A stretch of DNA of 20,000 bases from an uncultured virus (IMG/VR IMGVR_UViG_3300029787_003156) (Duplodnaviria; Heunggongvirae; Uroviricota; Caudoviricetes). Where the stretch lies: the IMG/VR virus record IMGVR_UViG_3300029787_003156, one strand, 5' to 3'. Of this stretch, positions 15,686 to 20,000 are shown in pieces. The position numbers and the translations under genes are program-made. The notes under the pieces are model-generated. The model ran no database searches. It was not told the origin of the DNA and was given only the letters and a program-made list of their open reading frames with translations. The first letter of the stretch is position 1. Each line of letters starts with the position of its first letter.

Positions 15686-15896
15686 TACCTTTCTCTGCTG
15701 CATATAATGCAAAGGACTTTGTAGCAACTAACGACAAGATGTGTTTGATGTTATTGCTGTCATTTTCATCTAACTCTTGAGTTGCAATAGCACCGACAAC
15801 TATACCTAACTCAACAAGTACTACAAGGAAGATTAACTTCAATGCCCACTTACCTGATGTAAAAAATCTTTTTACTTGTTCTTTGAAAAATGTCAT
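15645..15896 (-). CDS. Small membrane protein, 83 aa
   Basis: Basic N-terminus followed by hydrophobic WALKLIFLVVLVELGIVVGAIAT. ATGA coupling to the upstream gene. Confidence 0.75.
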   Translation of the reverse strand: MTFFKEQVKRFFTSGKWALKLIFLVVLVELGIVVGAIATQELDENDSNNIKHILSLVATKSFALYAAEKGNGDKYVKLKESEA

Positions 15897-16051
15897 TTGT
15901 CTTTTTTAAGTGTAAAACTGTCTTCAGTTATATCATATGCTAGTTCTGACTTGGTATCCCATCCTAGTTCTTCACATACTTCGTAAGGTATTGTTAAGAT
16001 GAGGTCGCCATAGTCATCTTCTTCCAACTTCGTAGTGAATCTATTACTCAT
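15893..16051 (-). CDS. AbrB/MazE/SpoVT-like small DNA-binding protein, 52 aa (MSNRFTTKLEEDDYGDLILTIPYEVCEELGWDTKSELAYDITEDSFTLKKDK)
   Basis: Translated by hand (below the ORF-track cutoff). GDLILTIP..V.EELGW....L......FTLKK fits the swapped-hairpin AbrB pattern. Overlaps both neighbours. Confidence 0.75.
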   Translation of the reverse strand: MSNRFTTKLEEDDYGDLILTIPYEVCEELGWDTKSELAYDITEDSFTLKKDK

Positions 16052-16257
16052 AGTTTATTTCGTTGACTATTGTTAAGGGAAAAATCTTGTGGATGACTAC
16101 TCTTCCAATTCTCCCATGATGTATATAGAGATTCCTTAGACTCAGGTCTACCAGATGTAGCGAGATATTGTGCACATTCATACATTCTAGGGTCTAGGAA
16201 CCCCTCTTTCTTAAGTAACTGTTCAATACACCATACACGATCATCCTGTTTGTTCAT
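16048..16257 (-). CDS. Hypothetical protein, 69 aa
   Basis: ORF track. First gene after the non-coding junction; AGGT upstream of the ATG. Confidence 0.75.
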   Translation of the reverse strand: MNKQDDRVWCIEQLLKKEGFLDPRMYECAQYLATSGRPESKESLYTSWENWKSSHPQDFSLNNSQRNKL

Positions 16258-16392
16258 TTTTACCTATGGGGAAATTTTTTATACTGGGGATTTTTTTATT
16301 TTTGATTATATATCACTAGCGATTGGGAACCTTTGTAGGTTAGGGTAGTGGCCGAATTAATATAACCGACAATACGGCTAACTGTCGGCAAG

Positions 16393-16415
16393 AAAAAAGG
16401 GCATTTAACTGCCCT
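16393..16415 (-). terminator. Rho-independent terminator-like hairpin ending the early-type gene string
   Basis: Minus strand AGGGCA-GTTAAA-TGCCCT followed by TTTTT, ~16 nt after the stop of 16432..16662. Confidence 0.7.
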
Positions 16416-16419
16416 CTGT

Positions 16420-16448
16420 ATTATAGTATGCTTATACTAGGTTGTCAA
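16420..16448 (-). promoter_or_regulatory. Perfect-consensus sigma70 promoter
   Basis: TTGACA (16448-16443), 17-nt spacer, TATAAT (16425-16420). Confidence 0.8.
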
Positions 16449-16662
16449 GTAACTCCTGTGGAACTTCTTTAACTGTGTTTACAATGTCTCTGCCGATCCA
16501 CTTGTTAAGATGCCTAGTAGTTGTAGTTGAATACCAAGTTGAAGTTTTTACGAATCCCTCTCCGAAGATGTAAGCAGCAACAGGTGTTTTATAAGAAAAG
16601 AAGATGCGAGCGTTCTTTGTCTCTACTTCTGTTTGGTTTGCTGCGATTGGTGTAAGATTCAT
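16432..16662 (-). CDS. Conserved phage early-region hypothetical protein, 76 aa
   Basis: IFFSYKTPVAA...YSTTTTRHLNKW pattern recalled from cyanophage early genes. AAGGA RBS and its own palindrome-type promoter. Confidence 0.85.
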   Translation of the reverse strand: MNLTPIAANQTEVETKNARIFFSYKTPVAAYIFGEGFVKTSTWYSTTTTRHLNKWIGRDIVNTVKEVPQELLDNLV

Positions 16663-16692
16663 TTTTAAATGTTCCTTTGTTTGTATACTATT

Positions 16693-16751
16693 ATTATAAG
16701 CCTTTGGTTACCTGTATGCACCCCTTAGTGGACACTTATGCAACTGGCACA
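16693..16751 (-). promoter_or_regulatory. Palindrome-type early promoter, copy 1
   Basis: TGTGCCAGTTGCATAAGTGTCCAC (16751-16728), 29 nt, then TATAAT (16698-16693). Confidence 0.75.
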
Positions 16752-16918
16752 TAGTACAAAAATCCTTCCATTAAAAAATAATCTACATGTCTCCGAGTCT
16801 CCTCCGTGACTTGTTCCGTATCTAAAAGAAATTGAAAGTATTCAATCAGTTCAGTATTATTTAATTTTGGATAACCCTCGGCAAGTCTTTTAAACTTTCC
16901 TGGTAAAATCATAGGCAA
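16736..16918 (-). CDS. Hypothetical protein, ~58-60 aa
   Basis: ORF track (TTG at 16918, or ATG two codons later). A sigma70 promoter lies directly upstream. Confidence 0.7.
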   Translation of the reverse strand: MPMILPGKFKRLAEGYPKLNNTELIEYFQFLLDTEQVTEETRRHVDYFLMEGFLYYVPVA

Positions 16919-16942
16919 TTGGCAATACTTCTGTTATACCTT

Positions 16943-16971
16943 ATTATGACATAAATCCCTGTGTCTGTCAA
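16943..16971 (-). promoter_or_regulatory. Sigma70-type promoter with extended -10
   Basis: TTGACA (16971-16966), 17-nt spacer ending in TGt, then CATAAT (16948-16943). Confidence 0.7.
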
Positions 16972-16996
16972 GTTTGTTAAGTTTTATGTGAGATGC

Positions 16997-17025
16997 TTGA
17001 CTGTTGATAGTCTGCATGCTAAGAC
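16997..17025 (+). promoter_or_regulatory. Putative divergent (antisense) sigma70-like promoter
   Basis: TTGACT (16997-17002), 17-nt spacer ending in TGc, then TAAGAC (17020-17025). The -10 box is weak. Confidence 0.4.
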
Positions 17026-17083
17026 CGTATCAAGATCGCATATTAATAACGATAACAACAACACTACCTAATTTATTTTAATA

Positions 17084-17263
17084 TTAATTAATATCATCAT
17101 TTGTATCTGATATTGATTCATTCTCTATTGATTTCCGATAATATTTCATACTTCGTATTGACTCCCATATGTCCACTATGATATACTTGAGTACAGTAAA
17201 AGAGTATATTATCTTATCTGCGGACGTTCTTAATAGTATTAGTTTATTGTTCTTTCTGTTCAT
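17084..17263 (-). CDS. Hypothetical protein, 59 aa (MNRKNNKLILLRTSADKIIYSFTVLKYIIVDIWESIRSMKYYRK...)
   Basis: Translated by hand: ATG at 17263 to TAA at 17084-17086. Overlaps the upstream ORF by 20 nt. Confidence 0.55.
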   Translation of the reverse strand: MNRKNNKLILLRTSADKIIYSFTVLKYIIVDIWESIRSMKYYRKSIENESISDTNDDIN

Positions 17264-17486
17264 TGGTTACTTTGTATAGTTGCTCTCTTGTAATGAATTT
17301 AATTTCATTCCAATATTTCTTACTTACTACTACGTTAGTTTGTTTGTATCCCTTCTTATAGGTATTATCCTTTTCATGTTTTGTTGTTACTGTTATGTAT
17401 TCATCGGATATGAAATTTATCCTCCCTAAATCGTTTTTGACTTCTATTAGTTCTCCTTTCATAAAGTTGTAATAGTCAAGACTCAT
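17244..17486 (-). CDS. Hypothetical protein, 80 aa
   Basis: ORF track. Beta-rich GRINFISDEYIT pattern; starts 1 nt after the upstream stop. Confidence 0.75.
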   Translation of the reverse strand: MSLDYYNFMKGELIEVKNDLGRINFISDEYITVTTKHEKDNTYKKGYKQTNVVVSKKYWNEIKFITREQLYKVTNEQKEQ

Positions 17487-17487
17487 G

Positions 17488-17727
17488 TTAAATGCCTATG
17501 TAAATTTTGTCATTTTTGATTATCAAATTTGCATCTGCTTTGCAATAGTCCTCAACATCCTTATCATAAATGACAACTTCATTTGATAATTGCTCTGGTG
17601 TTAGGGTTTCCAGGAACTTCTTTAACTGTTCGTATGTCATAGTTGCTTTATTTTCCTCTTCATACCTTATCATGTCAATTGCATGACACATTTCTGTCCA
17701 AGGTATTAGTTGAAAGTGTGTTGACAT
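17488..17727 (-). CDS. Hypothetical protein, up to 79 aa (internal MTYEQLKKFL start possible)
   Basis: ORF track. MTY.QL..FL..LTPEQL...V.IYD pattern, with GAGG upstream of the internal ATG. Confidence 0.7.
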   Translation of the reverse strand: MSTHFQLIPWTEMCHAIDMIRYEEENKATMTYEQLKKFLETLTPEQLSNEVVIYDKDVEDYCKADANLIIKNDKIYIGI

Positions 17728-17744
17728 TTATTTGTTTATGCACT

Positions 17745-17986
17745 TTATATAGAGGAAAAAATCGGGCGAGCATCCACATTCTGCTCTGATTGGTTTTCAT
17801 TCTCTTGTATTATATCCCAGATCTCAATATAATTCCGTAACCACTCCCTTTGAGATTCTGTAAGAATACTGCNNNNNNNNNNATACTGCGATACATAACC
17901 AAAATATCAGATGCAGACATAAAGGGTAAATTTTCAACTACACAATAATCGCTTAAGACTTCAGTCATAAATTCAAGTTGACACAT
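17745..17986 (-). CDS. Hypothetical protein, 74 aa, interrupted by an assembly gap
   Basis: Merging the 7-mer ATACTGC duplicated on both sides of the N run gives the intact ORF MCQLEFMTEVLSDYCVVENLPFMSASDILVMYRSILTESQREWLRNYIEIWDIIQENENQSEQNVDARPIFSSI, with a GAGGA RBS. Confidence 0.75.
17873..17882. other. Scaffolding gap (10 N)
   Basis: Run of N flanked by duplicated ATACTGC (17866-17872 and 17883-17889). Confidence 0.95.
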
Positions 17987-17989
17987 TGA

Positions 17990-18205
17990 TTAGTCCTCAT
18001 TAATAAGTGAAATTACTTTAGTTTTCTTCCAGTTGATTGGTAGAAACATGTGCTTATCGTTTGTTAGATAAACTTGCCTAGTTTCGTCTAGACGTAGGAT
18101 GATTTGACCATATTCTTTGAAATATCGTACGGTGTCTCCTATACCGATTTGTTCAAAACTCTTGTAGTTTCGTTCTTTTGAGTTTTTACTGTCGTAGTTT
18201 TTCAT
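17990..18205 (-). CDS. Hypothetical protein, 71 aa
   Basis: ORF track. ATGA coupling with the upstream ORF. Confidence 0.75.
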   Translation of the reverse strand: MKNYDSKNSKERNYKSFEQIGIGDTVRYFKEYGQIILRLDETRQVYLTNDKHMFLPINWKKTKVISLINED

Positions 18206-18366
18206 ACTTCGGGCAATACTGGTTCAGATACATTTTTAAGTTTATCAAATTCGGGATAAAATAAATCATCTAGAATTTTCTCGCTTAATACCTCTTCTGC
18301 TTGACTCATGAATGGTCTATAACTCTTAAATGCTGAGTATAGTAATACATATTCTGCTCTGGTCAT
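18202..18366 (-). CDS. Hypothetical protein, 54 aa (MTRAEYVLLYSAFKSYRPFMSQAEEVLSEKILDDLFYPEFDKLKNVSEPVLPEV)
   Basis: Translated by hand. Strong AAGGAGGA RBS; ATGA overlap with the downstream gene. Confidence 0.75.
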   Translation of the reverse strand: MTRAEYVLLYSAFKSYRPFMSQAEEVLSEKILDDLFYPEFDKLKNVSEPVLPEV

Positions 18367-18369
18367 TGT

Positions 18370-18504
18370 TTAGTCCTCCTTATAAGAATGAAAAAGTTGA
18401 TAGTAAAGATCGTTTTTAAGTCCAAATTCAAATGCTACTGTGGATTCAATTTCGTCAGTAGATTCGTAAACTTTTACGATTTCTGCATAGAGGTCTCGAT
18501 TCAT
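18370..18504 (-). CDS. Hypothetical protein, 44 aa (MNRDLYAEIVKVYESTDEIESTVAFEFGLKNDLYYQLFHSYKED)
   Basis: Translated by hand. GAGGA RBS and ATGA overlap with the upstream ORF. Confidence 0.7.
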   Translation of the reverse strand: MNRDLYAEIVKVYESTDEIESTVAFEFGLKNDLYYQLFHSYKED

Positions 18505-18683
18505 TGAATTAAGTCCTCAAAACGTGCGGTTGCTTGATCTCCTAGCATTGACATAATACCGCTTTTGTCATCTTGCTCTAGAGAATACATTTGATCTAGT
18601 GTCAAATTGTTCTCTTTTCTATAGTCCTCCCATACCTCATCATAAAGATTTTCAAGAATGGTCTCGTTTTGAATGCAACTCAT
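18501..18683 (-). CDS. Acidic hypothetical protein, 60 aa
   Basis: ORF track. GGAGGAG RBS; MSCIQNETILENLYDEV N-terminus. Confidence 0.8.
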   Translation of the reverse strand: MSCIQNETILENLYDEVWEDYRKENNLTLDQMYSLEQDDKSGIMSMLGDQATARFEDLIQ

Positions 18684-18684
18684 T

Positions 18685-18918
18685 TTAATATTCTCCTCCG
18701 TTTTGATTTTTAATAAACTGATCTAGTCTAGCAAGATCTTCAGTAGTTAGAGTATCAAAGTCAACTCCTGCTAAGTTGTAGATTCCCCACTCTGCGATTT
18801 CAATAGTAAAATCTTCCCAGTCATGACATATGCATGAAAGTGCATCTAGGTTAAAATCAAATAGAACTTTCTGCTTGATTCTGTTAACTGCTGTGGTGTA
18901 AGTTGCTGTTGATAACAT
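18685..18918 (-). CDS. Acidic hypothetical protein, 77 aa
   Basis: ORF track. First gene after palindrome promoter copy 2. Confidence 0.8.
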   Translation of the reverse strand: MLSTATYTTAVNRIKQKVLFDFNLDALSCICHDWEDFTIEIAEWGIYNLAGVDFDTLTTEDLARLDQFIKNQNGGEY

Positions 18919-18943
18919 TTAGTTCTCTGTTGCTTATATTATA

Positions 18944-19002
18944 AGTATAGTTCATTTTGCTATACTTGTAAAGAGTAATGTGCCACTAATAGTACTGGCA
19001 CA
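18944..19002 (-). promoter_or_regulatory. Palindrome-type early promoter, copy 2
   Basis: TGTGCCAGTACTATTAGTGGCACA (19002-18979), 29 nt, then TATACT (18949-18944). Confidence 0.8.
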
Positions 19003-19016
19003 CTACCACTTGCAAA

Positions 19017-19430
19017 TTAGTATTTAATTTGCTTATTATCCATTTGGATTATTGTGAATCCCATGCTTTGAAGCATATTTCTATAACGTGCAACTTGCTG
19101 AGAGTCTCTATACTTGTGAGTATCCTTACCAAATGCAATATAGGATACACTTGCTAAAAGACACTTATTAATATGAATGTCTGTATAATCATCCATAGAA
19201 ATATCATCATGTGCAACATCGTAAACCACTTTTGCCACAACCTGACCACTCATGAGAATATTTGAAAACTGACTCTGGTCATGCTTATGATGAACTGAAA
19301 CTCCATTTTTCCAACTTCCTCCTCCATATGTTGTAATAGCATTTACAACTAATTTCTGATAAGTATCAAGTTTCTTGTATGCAACTTTTGCTGAAGAACC
19401 TGCTTGAAAATTTAGTGATTTAACAGTCAT
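19017..19430 (-). CDS. Hypothetical protein, 137 aa
   Basis: ORF track. Flanked by palindrome promoter copies 3 and 2. Confidence 0.8.
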   Translation of the reverse strand: MTVKSLNFQAGSSAKVAYKKLDTYQKLVVNAITTYGGGSWKNGVSVHHKHDQSQFSNILMSGQVVAKVVYDVAHDDISMDDYTDIHINKCLLASVSYIAFGKDTHKYRDSQQVARYRNMLQSMGFTIIQMDNKQIKY

Positions 19431-19454
19431 GTTTGATTTGTAACTTATATAATA

Positions 19455-19513
19455 AGTATAGTCGATTTTAACTGGTAATAGTGGTACTGTGTGCCAGTAA
19501 TATAACTGTCACA
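19455..19513 (-). promoter_or_regulatory. Palindrome-type early promoter, copy 3
   Basis: TGTGACAGTTATATTACTGGCACA (19513-19490), 29 nt, then TATACT (19460-19455). Confidence 0.8.
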
Positions 19514-19678
19514 CTACTCCGCTATTTCCTCTAACTCTGTGCTAAGATCGAACTCCCAAAGATAATAATCGAGAGTTATCCCTTTTTTGTAGATTTTCTT
19601 TAAGAATTTCCTGGAACTCTTCTTAGTCTCAAATTCGACTATGTGATGTTTGGTTTCGATTTTAATCATTTTTTTCAT
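19514..19678 (-). CDS. Hypothetical protein, 54 aa (MKKMIKIETKHHIVEFETKKSSRKFLKKIYKKGITLDYYLWEFDLSTELEEIAE)
   Basis: Translated by hand. AGGAG RBS just upstream of the ATG at 19678. Confidence 0.75.
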   Translation of the reverse strand: MKKMIKIETKHHIVEFETKKSSRKFLKKIYKKGITLDYYLWEFDLSTELEEIAE

Positions 19679-19687
19679 TTGTTCCTC

Positions 19688-20000
19688 CTATCGTATGTAA
19701 AGATGACCACTTGCCCAGTCAACACAATTTGGATTATGCATTGCTTTTCTCTCATTGATAATTCTCATATCAAATCTAACTCCCTTTGCAGGTGCTTTCC
19801 ATGATGCTGCTTTGTATATCTCACCAGTTTTCTTATCTACAAAACTATTTACTGACTGGTCTCTATACTCACCTCTATTCTCATCATATTCTTGCTGAAC
19901 TACTTTGTAATACTTCTTGCCTGAGATCGCTCTAAACTTCATTAACTTCGCTGAACCGTTTTCGATGTTTGCAAGTTGCTCCTTCGCATATGCTGATAAG
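19688..20000 (-). CDS. Conserved phage hypothetical protein, 5' end beyond the window
   Basis: GKKYYKV...SVNSFVDKKTGEIYKAASWKAPAKGVRF motif. The frame stays open upstream of the tracked ATG to the window edge (LSAYAKEQLANIENGSAKLMKF). Confidence 0.85.
   Translation of the reverse strand, partial: LSAYAKEQLANIENGSAKLMKFRAISGKKYYKVVQQEYDENRGEYRDQSVNSFVDKKTGEIYKAASWKAPAKGVRFDMRIINERKAMHNPNCVDWASGHLYIR

Noticed and set aside
16728..19513. TGGCAC in the palindromes read as sigma54 -24 boxes or as terminators
   Set aside because: There is no correctly spaced -12 element common to the copies and no U-tract. The fixed distance to a sigma70-type -10 fits a protein-binding dyad better.
1..20000. tRNA, intron, intein, homing endonuclease, integrase or reverse-transcriptase/DGR elements
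   Set aside because: I saw no cloverleaf, splice-junction, LAGLIDADG/HNH/GIY-YIG or RT motifs, and no template/variable repeat pair, by manual reading. Dedicated searches were not run.

Overview
AT-rich segment of a T4-like marine cyanomyovirus genome (probably infecting Prochlorococcus or Synechococcus; host is inferred), coded almost entirely on the minus strand. Bases 1-13575 are the baseplate module: gp25, gp6 and a giant (>3707 aa) gp7-like wedge initiator. The giant gene is missing from the ORF track because it has no stop codon inside the window. Bases 13575-16257 are a tightly coupled string of small genes, including a SET-domain protein, a 34-aa Lys/Arg-rich peptide, a Cys-rich protein, a 2OG-Fe(II) oxygenase and an AbrB/MazE-like protein. 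Bases 16258-16448 are a structured non-coding junction with a perfect sigma70 promoter, a terminator-like hairpin, a second hairpin and short direct repeats. Bases 16432-20000 are an early-type region of tiny ORFs. Three of its promoters carry a 24-bp TGTGCCAGT-N6-ASTGGCACA-type palindrome exactly 29 bp upstream of the -10 box. A 10-N scaffold gap at 17873-17882 splits one small gene.
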